A stretch of DNA of 44,744 bases, taken from Candidatus Amesbacteria bacterium GW2011_GWC1_47_15 (GTDB lineage: Bacteria; Patescibacteriota; Microgenomatia; CAZETR01; Amesbacteraceae). The translations under genes and the position numbers were made by a program. The notes beneath the pieces are model-generated. The model did no database searches. It worked only from the letters and a program-made list of their open reading frames with translations, and was not told the DNA's origin. The DNA lies in contig LCNU01000001.1 of NCBI GenBank assembly GCA_001001375.1, positions 1 to 44,744 of the forward strand. The letters run 5' to 3'. This document shows positions 8,567 through 18,219 of this stretch, one piece after another (position 1 is the first letter of the stretch; each line of letters opens with the position of its first letter).

Positions 8567-9204
8567 CCCGTGAAGAGAAAATCGAAGCTTTGGAAGAAAT
8601 TGCCCTGGAGGTAAGGGCGTTTAAAGGCTTGGAAATTGCCCGTCACGCTACCAATGCAGTTCCCGGGGAAGGCGATCCGGATGCCGAAATAATGTTCATC
8701 GGGGAGGCTCCCGGTTTCAATGAGGACAAACAAGGCAGACCCTTCGTCGGCCAGGCGGGGAAACTTTTGGAAAAATCTCTGCAGGAATCCTTGGGCATGA
8801 ATCGGGATGACGTTTATATTACCAATATCGTCAAATACCGCCCTCCGGACAACCGCGATCCGTTTCCGGATGAAATTGAAGTTTGTCGGGATTGGCTGGA
8901 CCGCCAGATCCGGGTTATCAGTCCAAAGATCATAGCGACTCTCGGCCGTTTCAGTATGGGTAAGTTTATTGAAGGATTGACCATCTCCCGGGTCCACGGC
9001 CAGCCCAGATTTGTAGACTTTGCAGGATCAAGGTACATCGTATATCCCATGTATCACCCGGCAGCAGCGCTTCGTGCAGGCTCTGTTCTTGAGCAATTCA
9101 GGCAGGATTTTAATAAACTCAAGGCACTGTTTACCTCTGCCTCTTCGCCTGCCACTGCTCCGGATCAGTCACCCTCTGGTCCTTCCCAAGGTTCCCTGTT
9201 TTAA
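8563..9204 (+). CDS. Uracil-DNA glycosylase, family 4
   Basis: VPGEG...AEIMFIGEAPG..ED.QGRPFVGQAGKLL, YITNIVK.RPP.NR.P, YHPAAALR. Confidence 0.92.
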   Translation: MTREEKIEALEEIALEVRAFKGLEIARHATNAVPGEGDPDAEIMFIGEAPGFNEDKQGRPFVGQAGKLLEKSLQESLGMNRDDVYITNIVKYRPPDNRDPFPDEIEVCRDWLDRQIRVISPKIIATLGRFSMGKFIEGLTISRVHGQPRFVDFAGSRYIVYPMYHPAAALRAGSVLEQFRQDFNKLKALFTSASSPATAPDQSPSGPSQGSLF

Positions 9205-9219
9205 TTGTATAATTTATTA

Positions 9220-10878
9220 ATGGACAATAATCTCCGTATCCTTTCGCTTGGTGGATTCGGTAAAGTCACTTCCAACATGTTCGTCTATGAATACGGCGAT
9301 GACATTTTGTTGGTAGATTGCGGGATGGGATTCCCTTCGGAAGATATGCTGGGTGTAGATATTTTAATTCCCGATATCTCATACCTTCTCAGTAAGAAGG
9401 ACAAAATTCGGGGGATGGTAATTACCCATGGTCACGAAGATCACTCCGGTGCTCTCCCGTACATTCTTCCGCAGCTGCCTCATTTCCCGATCTTTTCCAG
9501 TCGTCTCACAGCCCACCTCATAATGGATAAATTGTCCGAATATGAAAATATGCCCCGGCAGGTAAAGGTTCTCTCTCCCGGTGAGTTAATTCAATTAGGT
9601 AAATTCGCGGTAAGGTCCGTCCGTGTATCTCATTCAATTCCCGATGCCACCAATTTGATTATTCAAACTCCGGCGGGGACCATCTATCACGGAAGTGATT
9701 TTAAATTCGATTTTACTCCCGTAGACGGAGTGCTTCCGGATCTGGGGGGGATTGCGGCTGCGGGTAACAACGGAATCCGTCTGCTCCTGTCCGATTGTCT
9801 GGGAAGCGAACGCCGGGGGTATACTCCTTCGGAGAGAACTCTCGAGGATACTTTTGAAAGGGAAATGGACTCTTGCGAAGGGCGTTTTTTTGTCACTTCC
9901 ATGAGCAGTAATATCAGTCGCTGGCAGCAGGCAGCCCAGACGGCTATCCGTCATGGTAGGAAAATTGCGATAGCTGGCAGATCGATAGACAGGAATATTC
10001 AGGTGGCGTCAGAACTTGGTTATCTCAAAATCCCCCGCTCTTCTTTTGTGGATTTAAGAAGGGTGAAAAAGTTAAGGCCCAAGGAAGTTTGCGTACTCAT
10101 TGCGGGTTCCCAGGCCCAGCCGGATTCGGCTTTAGTCCGCCTGGCCACGGTTGGACACCGGGATTTGTCCATATCTCCGTCCGATAAGGTAATTTTCTCT
10201 TCCGATTATATTCCCGGAAACGAAAGTGCAGTCCAGGCTTTGATAGACGCCTTGGCCCGATTGGGAGCGGTGGTAGTATACGCCGCTCTTACTGACAACC
10301 TGCATGTATCCGGACATGGCAGCCAGCAGGATCTCCTTTTAATGATGGCTCTGACCCGGCCGCAGTTCCTTCTTCCCATCGGGGGGACATACCGCCACAT
10401 GGTCCAGTATGCCCATCTGGCGCAAAGTATGGGCTATTCACCGGATAAAATACTTCTGCCTGGATTCAATCATAGTGTGGAGGTATCTCCCACAGGGGTA
10501 CGATTGGGGCAGAAATATCAGATCAAAAATATTATGGTGGACGGTCTGGGAATAGGGGATGTGGGGCATGTAGTTTTGAGGGACCGTCAGCATCTGGCCG
10601 AAGAAGGTATTGTTGTAGCGTTGATAGAAACGGACCAAAACAATCTATCAAACATCTTGAATTTGGAATTAATCAGCCGGGGTTTCGTCTTCGATTCGCA
10701 AAACTCGACTCTCTTCAGTCGGGCTGTATCTCAGGTTAAAAGCGTCATCCAGCAGAAAAAGGGAATCATCGAATCCGATCGTCATCTCCGCCAGATTGTG
10801 GTGGAAGTTCTCGAAAAGTATCTCTTCGCGGAGACTCGTCGCCGGCCGATGATACTTCCGCTTGTGGTCGAGGTTTAG
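9220..10878 (+). CDS. rnj: Ribonuclease J
   Basis: LGGFGKVTSNM, ITHGHEDHSGA, HSIPD, DFKFD, HVSGHG, RRPMILPLVVEV; ATG 9220 preferred over TTG 9205. Confidence 0.95.
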   Translation: MDNNLRILSLGGFGKVTSNMFVYEYGDDILLVDCGMGFPSEDMLGVDILIPDISYLLSKKDKIRGMVITHGHEDHSGALPYILPQLPHFPIFSSRLTAHLIMDKLSEYENMPRQVKVLSPGELIQLGKFAVRSVRVSHSIPDATNLIIQTPAGTIYHGSDFKFDFTPVDGVLPDLGGIAAAGNNGIRLLLSDCLGSERRGYTPSERTLEDTFEREMDSCEGRFFVTSMSSNISRWQQAAQTAIRHGRKIAIAGRSIDRNIQVASELGYLKIPRSSFVDLRRVKKLRPKEVCVLIAGSQAQPDSALVRLATVGHRDLSISPSDKVIFSSDYIPGNESAVQALIDALARLGAVVVYAALTDNLHVSGHGSQQDLLLMMALTRPQFLLPIGGTYRHMVQYAHLAQSMGYSPDKILLPGFNHSVEVSPTGVRLGQKYQIKNIMVDGLGIGDVGHVVLRDRQHLAEEGIVVALIETDQNNLSNILNLELISRGFVFDSQNSTLFSRAVSQVKSVIQQKKGIIESDRHLRQIVVEVLEKYLFAETRRRPMILPLVVEV

Positions 10879-10922
10879 CCAAGGGAGTTATAATGTGATT
10901 GTGATTTACTGCCCGAAATCTT

Positions 10923-13052
10923 ATGTCCCGTAAACGTTCATATTCCGGCCGCAGGAAATATAAGCTCAAACTTAAAAAAACTACCCTGTATTCTATATCT
11001 TCAGTTATGCTTATCGCCGCCGGGATACTTATCTGGATTTCTTTTGTCCGGCAGGGGATTATCTTAACCCGGTTAAACACTATGTTGGTCTCTCAATTAG
11101 GTTTGATTCCTGTCTTTTTTTTACCTTTCCCCCTGATGGTAGGGGGCTTGATGGTCTCAAAAATTAAAACTCCCCTGAGCAGACCGCACGTGTTTCTTGG
11201 CAGTTTGGTGGTCATAACCGCTCTTTCAGGGCTTTCCCGGGGTGGGGCTTTGGGAATGGAATTATGGGATGGTATCGCTATATTTCTTTCTTCTCCGGGT
11301 GCCGCCCTGTTTATGTTGACAGGCTTGTCCATTGGCATGATCATCATGTTTAACATTCCCTTCGAAGACGTCTATTTATGGACAGCAAGATTTTTAGCGG
11401 GTTTGCGCAGATCTTCTGCCGTCCCCAAGGACGATGCCCTTTCGTCCCGCCGGTTGAAACTTACCGGTCTCACAGGGCAGGAAAAATCCGCGCCGATAAA
11501 AACCGGTGGTATGACCGATAGAACCCCTCCCTCCAAAACCCCTGTTCCCGCACCATCTTTGGAAATGTCTTACCGGCTGCCGTCCGTGCCGTCGGCCGCT
11601 ACCGATGCACCGTGGCATTACCCGCCACTTTCTTTGTTATCGGAAAATATCTCCGGTAAGGCTGACAGAGGCAATGTCAACTCAAACGCCGCAATTATCG
11701 AAAAAACCCTGGAGGCCTTCGGTATTATCGCCAAAGTAGTCGAAGTAAATTTGGGACCGGCTGTGACCCAATATGCTCTGGAGGTGGCCATAGGTACAAA
11801 GCTCTCTAAAATCAGTGCTTTGTCCAACGATCTTGCCCTAGCCCTGGCTGCCCCTACCGGCCAAATCCGAATCGAAGCCCCAATCCCCGGCCGCTCCCTG
11901 GTCGGTATCGAACTCCCCAACCGAGCTCCGGAATTTGTCTCTTTGAGAAAGATCCTCGAATCGGACAACATGAAACATCACAAAAGCAAACTGGCTGTTT
12001 CTCTCGGCTTGGACGTCTCAGGTAATGCCGTGGTAGCGGACATCGGCCGCATGCCCCATATTCTGATTGCCGGGGCTACGGGCACGGGTAAATCCGTTTG
12101 TCTCAACGCTTTTATTGGCTCCCTGCTTTACCGCACCAGTCCCCAGGAGTTAAATCTCATCATGGTCGATCCCAAGCGGGTGGAACTGACCAACTACAAC
12201 GGCATTCCGCACCTCCTTACCCCCGTAATCGTAGAACCCGACAAGGTATTGTCCGCACTCAAATGGTCTATGGCCGAAATGGACCGCCGTTACAAGCTTT
12301 TTTCCGAAGTGGGTGTTCGTAATCTGGAAAGCTATAACGAGCTTTCCGGCTTTCAGGCCTTGCCTTATATCGTGATTATCATCGATGAACTGGCGGATAT
12401 CATGTTGTTTGCCCAGATTGAAGTGGAAGACGCGGTAACCAGAATTGCCCAAATGGCCCGTGCCACCGGTATTCATCTGGTCATCGCCACCCAGCGGCCG
12501 TCTGTCGACATTATTACCGGGCTTATCAAAGCAAACATTCCTACACGCATTGCGTTCGCGGTTTCTTCCATGATTGATTCCAAGGTAATTATCGATACTC
12601 CCGGAGCCGAAAAACTTCTTGGCAGGGGGGACATGCTGTATGTTCCTCCCGATCAGGCGAAGCCGACTCGTATCCAGGGGGCGTTTATTTCAGACAAGGA
12701 AATAAAGCAGCTGATCGAATATCTGAAAAAACAGGGGGTAGCGCCTCATTATACAGAGGAAGTTACATCCATGCCCGTGTCCATAAGCCGCCGGGGAGGG
12801 AGGGGATATGTCGTTACGGATAGTGGGGGTGAAAACCGCGATTCGTTGTTTGAAGAAGCCCTCCGCCTAATTGTCCAGCACAATAACGCCTCCGCGTCTT
12901 TTCTTCAGCGCAAACTCAGTATCGGTTATGCTCGGGCGGCTCGGGTTCTGGATGAGCTACAGCAGGCGGGAATTGTCGGTCCTGCTGATGGTGCCAAGCC
13001 CCGGAACATCTTGATTACCGATGTCAATGCCTTCTTAAATCCCCCTCAATGA
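10923..13052 (+). CDS. ftsK: DNA translocase FtsK/SpoIIIE
   Basis: N-terminal TM helices, RIEAPIPGRSLVGIE, PHILIAGATGTGKSV, IIDELADIM, ATQRPSVD, gamma domain SASFLQRKLSIGYARAAR. Confidence 0.97.
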   Translation: MSRKRSYSGRRKYKLKLKKTTLYSISSVMLIAAGILIWISFVRQGIILTRLNTMLVSQLGLIPVFFLPFPLMVGGLMVSKIKTPLSRPHVFLGSLVVITALSGLSRGGALGMELWDGIAIFLSSPGAALFMLTGLSIGMIIMFNIPFEDVYLWTARFLAGLRRSSAVPKDDALSSRRLKLTGLTGQEKSAPIKTGGMTDRTPPSKTPVPAPSLEMSYRLPSVPSAATDAPWHYPPLSLLSENISGKADRGNVNSNAAIIEKTLEAFGIIAKVVEVNLGPAVTQYALEVAIGTKLSKISALSNDLALALAAPTGQIRIEAPIPGRSLVGIELPNRAPEFVSLRKILESDNMKHHKSKLAVSLGLDVSGNAVVADIGRMPHILIAGATGTGKSVCLNAFIGSLLYRTSPQELNLIMVDPKRVELTNYNGIPHLLTPVIVEPDKVLSALKWSMAEMDRRYKLFSEVGVRNLESYNELSGFQALPYIVIIIDELADIMLFAQIEVEDAVTRIAQMARATGIHLVIATQRPSVDIITGLIKANIPTRIAFAVSSMIDSKVIIDTPGAEKLLGRGDMLYVPPDQAKPTRIQGAFISDKEIKQLIEYLKKQGVAPHYTEEVTSMPVSISRRGGRGYVVTDSGGENRDSLFEEALRLIVQHNNASASFLQRKLSIGYARAARVLDELQQAGIVGPADGAKPRNILITDVNAFLNPPQ

Positions 13053-13684
13053 AGACAACCGGACAGATTTTAAAAGAAACCAGGGCTTCAAAAAAGCTGG
13101 ACATAGTCGACATTTCGAGGATTACCAGAATCCGCCCCCGTTTTTTAGAAATGCTTGAGGAAGATGACTACGGCCATCTTCCCAATGCCACCGTTGCCCG
13201 GGGGTTTATCAGGAATTATGGTGAATTTTTAGGTATTAATTCTCATCATCTTTTGGCTGTATTCCGTCGGGATTTCGTGGAAAATCAGCAGGGACGGATT
13301 GTCCCCCGCGGCATGGTCGACCCGGTTAATAAAGTGAGTTTTTGGACTCCCCGGACCACCATTATCGTCGCCGTAACTTTAGTTTTTACTCTTTTCGGGG
13401 TCTATTTATACTACCAATACCGGGTACTTACCGGTCCTCCCCATTTGGAGTTATCGACCCCGACAGACAGGGTAAACATGAATGAAGATACCGTTCAGGT
13501 AGTGGGTCGTACCGATCCGGAAGCATCCCTGTCGGTAAATGGCCATTTGGTTGCCTTGGAAAAAGGCGGCACTTTTTTCTTCCGTATGCCGTTAAATCCC
13601 GGTGAGAATAAAATTACAGTCACTTCTCTGGCCAAATCGGGTAAGACCACCACGGTAATCCGGATTGTAGAATACTCACCCTGA
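13049..13684 (+). CDS. RodZ-like membrane protein (HTH, one TM helix, Ig-like beta domain)
   Basis: GQILKETR..KKL....SRITRI...FLEMLEEDDY..LP....ARGFIRNY; TM IIVAVTLVFTLFGVYLYY; beta-rich tail ending LNPGENKITV; ATGA overlap with ftsK. Confidence 0.8.
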   Translation: MKTTGQILKETRASKKLDIVDISRITRIRPRFLEMLEEDDYGHLPNATVARGFIRNYGEFLGINSHHLLAVFRRDFVENQQGRIVPRGMVDPVNKVSFWTPRTTIIVAVTLVFTLFGVYLYYQYRVLTGPPHLELSTPTDRVNMNEDTVQVVGRTDPEASLSVNGHLVALEKGGTFFFRMPLNPGENKITVTSLAKSGKTTTVIRIVEYSP

Positions 13685-13706
13685 CCATTTCTAATCACCT
13701 TTATGA

Positions 13707-13735
13707 TTGACATCTTGTCCTGGGTTCTTTAACCT
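13707..13735 (+). promoter_or_regulatory. Sigma70-type promoter
   Basis: TTGACA (13707-13712), 17-nt spacer, TAACCT (13730-13735). Confidence 0.55.
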
Positions 13736-13745
13736 AAAGAATAAC

Positions 13746-14084
13746 ATGGCCGTTTTTATCCAGTTACTTTTGGGAATAGTAGTTCTTACACTGTCTTTTC
13801 TCATCGCCTTTGCCGGAATTCAGGTATTTCATATTCTCCACGAATTCCGCCTGACCTTGAAGAAATTAAACCGTATTTTGGATCACACCACCTCCTTGTC
13901 CGAAGCTGCAGCCCGCCCCGTAACTGCTGTCAATGAATTTTATACCGAAGTCAAAGATCTGGTAAACGTCACCCAGGACCAGATTGTTGCAGCCACTCCC
14001 GACCGGGTCATCACTCCCAGGACCGCTCACCGCTCCCCCCGCCGTTTCTTCCGCCGCTCCGGTGCTTCCCTTCGCCCTTCCTGA
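13746..14084 (+). CDS. Hypothetical membrane-anchored protein (N-terminal TM, helical region, basic RRFFRR tail)
   Basis: ATG 13746 lies just after the promoter; hydrophobic N-terminus VFIQLLLGIVVLTLSFLIAFAGI. Confidence 0.7.
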   Translation: MAVFIQLLLGIVVLTLSFLIAFAGIQVFHILHEFRLTLKKLNRILDHTTSLSEAAARPVTAVNEFYTEVKDLVNVTQDQIVAATPDRVITPRTAHRSPRRFFRRSGASLRPS

Positions 14085-14090
14085 TCCTGC

Positions 14091-14119
14091 TTGTCCTTGC
14101 CTCGCTCAAAAGCTAAAAT
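14091..14119 (+). promoter_or_regulatory. Leaderless-type promoter of alaS
   Basis: TTGTCC, 17 nt, TAAAAT (14114-14119), 6 nt, ATG. Confidence 0.55.
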
Positions 14120-14125
14120 TGCCCC

Positions 14126-16015
14126 ATGCTTACTGCTGACCAGATCCGCACCCGTTATTTTGATTTTTATCTAAGTCGAGGTCATAATATTATCCCCTCT
14201 GCCCCCTTGGTGCCCGAAAACGATCCTACAACGCTGTTCACCGGTTCCGGCATGCAGCCCATGGTCTCGTATCTTCTCGGTCAGACTCATCCTTTGGGTA
14301 CTCGTCTGGTAGACTCACAGAAATGTTTTCGCACCCAAGACATCGTAGAGGTTGGGGATAACCGACATGATACGTTTTTTGAAATGCTGGGTAATTGGTC
14401 TTTGGGGGATTACTTCAAGAAAGAACAAATATCATGGCTGTTTAAATTTTTGACAGAACCCAAAGCCGGATTAGGATTGGACCCTTCCCGATTGTACATT
14501 AGTGCCTTTGCCGGTAATTCGGATATTAATATTCCACGCGACGAAGAAACGGTCACATTCTGGCAGGAACAATTTTCCTCCGTGGGAATAGACGCATTGG
14601 CAGTAAAGGATCCGGAAAAAGGCATGCAGAGGGGGCGCATCTTTTATTATGACGATACCAAAAACTGGTGGTCTCGTTCAGGTACTCCTGCGCAAATGCC
14701 TGTTGGAGAACCTGGTGGTCCGGACTCTGAAGTGTTTTTCGATTTCGGGACTCATCATCAACTCCATGAAAATTCTCCGTTCAAAAACCAGCCTTGCCAC
14801 CCCAACTGCGATTGCGGCCGCTTTATCGAACTCGGCAATTCTGTTTTTATGACCTACCTGAAAACTAATACGGGGTTTGTTCCACTGGAAAAGAAAAATA
14901 TCGATTTCGGTGGGGGATTGGAAAGAATAGCCGCTGCTGTTCTCGATACTCCGGATATTTATCGTACAGATTTATATTCACCGATTATTTCCCGACTGGA
15001 GGAAATAACAGGTAAGGCATATTCCCAAGACGAGAAGGCTATGCGGGTTATTGCTGATCATTTAAAGGCCTCTGTATTTCTGATTGTCGACGGTGTCCGA
15101 CCGGGAAATAAGCAACAAGATTACTACCTGCGCCGCTTGCTCCGCCGGGTTGCTGTTAAATCTTACCAACTCAAAGGTCAAATCATTGATCCTTCTGAAT
15201 TTTCAAGTATTACAGATAAAGTCTTGGATATATATAAAAATACTTCATACTTCAATTCCTCTAATAGTCTGCCCCAAGTGAACGATGTTGTACGTGAAGA
15301 AATGATCAAATTTACCCGCTCTCTGGATAAAGGTCTAAAGGAATTTAATAAATACTCTCCAGTTCAATTAGATGCTAAAACTGCCTTCAATCTTTACCAG
15401 ACCCTTGGGTTTCCGGTGGAAATAATAGAAGAACTGTATTTACAGAAGAACGTTAAACTGGATCGGGAGGAGTTTGACCGGATTTTTAAATCCCATCAGG
15501 ACCTTTCCCGCACCGCCTCCGCCGGCATGTTCAAAGGCGGTTTGGCAGACGACTCGCATACAGTCGTCAGATATCACACAGCCACCCATTTATTACATCA
15601 GGCTCTGCGAGATGTATTGGGAAGTCATGTCCAACAGAAGGGGAGCAACATTACGGCTGAAAGACTCAGGTTCGATTTCTCCCACCCGGCCAGACTTACC
15701 CCGGAGGAAACCACGAAAGTTGAATTGATAATGAATCAAAAGATATCCGAAAATCTTACCGTCACCAAAATGGAAATGTCCAAAACACAGGCTCTTTCCC
15801 AAGGAGCTCTGGCCTTCTTTCCGGAAAAGTATCCCGATAATACTTCCGTCTACAAAATAGGGGACTACAGTATGGAACTTTGCGGAGGGCCCCATGTCAA
15901 CTCGACTGGCGAGCTGGGACGTATTAAGATAGTCAAAGAGGAGTCTGCCGGCTCCGGCATTCGGCGTATCTACGCCCGCCTGTCCGATGATAAAAAAATT
16001 CACAATGAACATTGA
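14126..16015 (+). CDS. alaS: Alanine--tRNA ligase, compact form with editing domain and no C-Ala domain
   Basis: ENDPTTLFTGSGMQP, HDTFFEMLGNWSLGDYFK, IDFGGGLER, HTATHLLHQAL, ELCGGPHV, GIRRIYA. Confidence 0.97.
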   Translation: MLTADQIRTRYFDFYLSRGHNIIPSAPLVPENDPTTLFTGSGMQPMVSYLLGQTHPLGTRLVDSQKCFRTQDIVEVGDNRHDTFFEMLGNWSLGDYFKKEQISWLFKFLTEPKAGLGLDPSRLYISAFAGNSDINIPRDEETVTFWQEQFSSVGIDALAVKDPEKGMQRGRIFYYDDTKNWWSRSGTPAQMPVGEPGGPDSEVFFDFGTHHQLHENSPFKNQPCHPNCDCGRFIELGNSVFMTYLKTNTGFVPLEKKNIDFGGGLERIAAAVLDTPDIYRTDLYSPIISRLEEITGKAYSQDEKAMRVIADHLKASVFLIVDGVRPGNKQQDYYLRRLLRRVAVKSYQLKGQIIDPSEFSSITDKVLDIYKNTSYFNSSNSLPQVNDVVREEMIKFTRSLDKGLKEFNKYSPVQLDAKTAFNLYQTLGFPVEIIEELYLQKNVKLDREEFDRIFKSHQDLSRTASAGMFKGGLADDSHTVVRYHTATHLLHQALRDVLGSHVQQKGSNITAERLRFDFSHPARLTPEETTKVELIMNQKISENLTVTKMEMSKTQALSQGALAFFPEKYPDNTSVYKIGDYSMELCGGPHVNSTGELGRIKIVKEESAGSGIRRIYARLSDDKKIHNEH

Positions 16016-16042
16016 ATATTAGACATTGGACATTAATTTAAA

Positions 16043-18199
16043 ATGCCCCTGCCTTTCCTGTCAAAAAAACCAAAACTAGATTCCAGGGAATATCTGTTTG
16101 CTTTGGAGATTGATCACGGCCGGGTAAAAAGTGCCGTTTGGAGTGTTATCAACAACCGGACCCAGGTTTTATCAATAAGTACCCCCGTAAATTGGGATGA
16201 CACTACGGACGATAGCCTGGTCTCAGCCTGCGACCAATCGCTTTCTGATGCCGCTGCCCGTTTGGATGCCGCCGGAAAAATCCAGCCGGAAAAAGTCATT
16301 TTAGGGCTGCCTTCGGATTGGCTTGCCCAGGAAAAAATTGCTCCCGTCAGGCTCAAATCTCTTAAATATCTGTCTCACAAGCTCTCTTTGAAAGCGGTTG
16401 GTTTCGTTGTCACTCCAGAAGCTATGGTTCGTTTCCAGCAGCATACCGAGGGTGTACCTCTGACCGCTATCATGTTGGGTATCTGGACCTCCTTGCTGGA
16501 GATGACGCTTGTCCGGCTGGGAAAAACTGACCGAATTCATCTGATAAAGAGAAGTTCTGCCATTGTCTCTGACGTAGTCGAAGGCCTTTCACGCTACAGT
16601 CATGTGGACATGCTGCCTTCCCGGATCCTGCTTTACGATTCCGGCTTGGACTTGGAGGAAATTCGTCAACAATTATTGGCTCACCCCTGGAAAGCTCCCC
16701 AGACGCGGTTGCCCTTTCTTCACTTTCCAAAAATTGAAATTCTGTCTTCGGATTTTTCCATCCGGGCTATAGCTCTGGCCGGAGGAACAGAAGTGGCTCA
16801 GGCCATTGGTTTAATGTCTCCCGTGCCGGACATTCTTCCTGAAATCGAACCGCAGGAAATTGTTCAGCCGGAAGCCGGCATCGATCTGGGTTTTGTGGCA
16901 GAACAGGATGTAGCCCAATTCTCCCCTCCCCCGGTCATCGAACCGGTCGCGCCGCCGATCTCTCCTGCCCTGAAAAAACTCGCTGTTCGCCGCTTCCCCA
17001 AAATTTCCCTGCGTGCAATTGCTTTTCCTGGACTGCGATTGCCCCGATTTTCGGTAGGGGGTAAGCCGCTTCTTATATTCCTGATTGCCGTGTTATTACT
17101 TGCGGGTTTGTTTGGAGGATATTGGTACCTTCCCTCCTCCACCGTTACTCTTACTGTGGATAAGCGGATTCTCGAGCATCAGTTTGAGCTAGTGGCCGAC
17201 ACTGATGCAGGAGAGGCTGGTGGTGATACCGGTGTTTTCCCCGCGGTTTACTCAGAGACTTCTGTGAGCGATCAGTCGTCTGTTCCCACGACCGGCTCAA
17301 AGCTGGTAGGGGATAAGGCCTCGGGTAGTGTATCGGTGATAAACGGGACTTCTGTCCCCCGGTCCTTTCCTTCTGGTACGGCGATAACTTCCCCGTCAGG
17401 CCTTAAGTTTATGTTTGATTCCGATATCCAAATAGCTTCGGCGTCCGGAACTGCCGATCCTAATTCTTATCAACCCGGTAAGGGCACTGTCAAAGTTACC
17501 GCAGCTCAAATCGGCACTGACAGCAACCTCTCAGCTGGTACTCAATTTAAAATAGGCACCTTTTCCACTCTGGATTTCGTGGCCAAAAACGAGGAAGCCT
17601 TTTCCGGCGGTTCCAGCCGCCAGGCACAAGTTGTATCCAAGGATGATATTTCCAAGCTCCGCCAGTCACTTTCCGCCTCACTCAGGGAGCGGGCGAGAGA
17701 AGATTTGGTCAGCCGTGCATCTGACGACGAAAATGTTATTCCGGAATCAATCTCTCTGGAGACTGAATCGGAAGATTTTAGTCATAAGCTCGATGCAGAA
17801 GCAGCCGAACTGAATCTGAAACTCGAAGTAAAAGCTACCGGCCTGGTCATTTCAAAATCAGAACTCAATTCCCTGGTAGCCGAGCAAATTCAAAGCAGGA
17901 TTCCGGAAGGGTTTACTCAGTTGGGAGATATTTCATATACTTTCGATGTCAAAGAGGCCGGTAAGCAAAAAGTTGCGCTTACCGTCAATGTCTCCGCCCC
18001 TCTCCTGCCCCGCCTGGACAATTCACAAATCATTCGCGATCTTACCGGAAAATCTCCCGGACAGGCCAAAGATTATTTAGCCGGTCTGCCGGGGGTGCTT
18101 CAGGTGGAGTTTACTTTTTCCCCCCGGATGCCTTCCGGGCTTCTCACCCTGCCGCATGTCAGCAGTAAGATTAATTTGGTTGTCACTCCGGCCCCTTAA
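16043..18199 (+). CDS. Bitopic membrane protein: degenerate FtsA/actin-like N-domain, Pro-rich linker, TM, baseplate-J-like C-domain
   Basis: FALEIDHGRVKSAVW, VILGLP, FVVTPEA, MLGIWTSLLEMTLV resemble FtsA/PilM strands; TM LLIFLIAVLLLAGLFGGYWYLP; TTG...GDKASG.V...N, PSGT, GLKF, IGTDSNL.AG, N..AFSGG resemble baseplate J-like domains. Confidence 0.6.
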   Translation: MPLPFLSKKPKLDSREYLFALEIDHGRVKSAVWSVINNRTQVLSISTPVNWDDTTDDSLVSACDQSLSDAAARLDAAGKIQPEKVILGLPSDWLAQEKIAPVRLKSLKYLSHKLSLKAVGFVVTPEAMVRFQQHTEGVPLTAIMLGIWTSLLEMTLVRLGKTDRIHLIKRSSAIVSDVVEGLSRYSHVDMLPSRILLYDSGLDLEEIRQQLLAHPWKAPQTRLPFLHFPKIEILSSDFSIRAIALAGGTEVAQAIGLMSPVPDILPEIEPQEIVQPEAGIDLGFVAEQDVAQFSPPPVIEPVAPPISPALKKLAVRRFPKISLRAIAFPGLRLPRFSVGGKPLLIFLIAVLLLAGLFGGYWYLPSSTVTLTVDKRILEHQFELVADTDAGEAGGDTGVFPAVYSETSVSDQSSVPTTGSKLVGDKASGSVSVINGTSVPRSFPSGTAITSPSGLKFMFDSDIQIASASGTADPNSYQPGKGTVKVTAAQIGTDSNLSAGTQFKIGTFSTLDFVAKNEEAFSGGSSRQAQVVSKDDISKLRQSLSASLRERAREDLVSRASDDENVIPESISLETESEDFSHKLDAEAAELNLKLEVKATGLVISKSELNSLVAEQIQSRIPEGFTQLGDISYTFDVKEAGKQKVALTVNVSAPLLPRLDNSQIIRDLTGKSPGQAKDYLAGLPGVLQVEFTFSPRMPSGLLTLPHVSSKINLVVTPAP

Positions 18200-18219
18200 A
18201 AAGTCCTATTTGTCTTGAG

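Noticed and set aside
14126-16015. Short alaS as a truncated pseudogene
   Set aside because: Aminoacylation and editing motifs are complete and the frame is intact; compact AlaRS without C-Ala is plausible in reduced genomes
16043-18199. Prophage or contractile injection system suggested by the baseplate-J-like domain
   Set aside because: No sheath, tube, capsid, terminase or integrase genes nearby; the domain is fused to a TM protein among housekeeping genes
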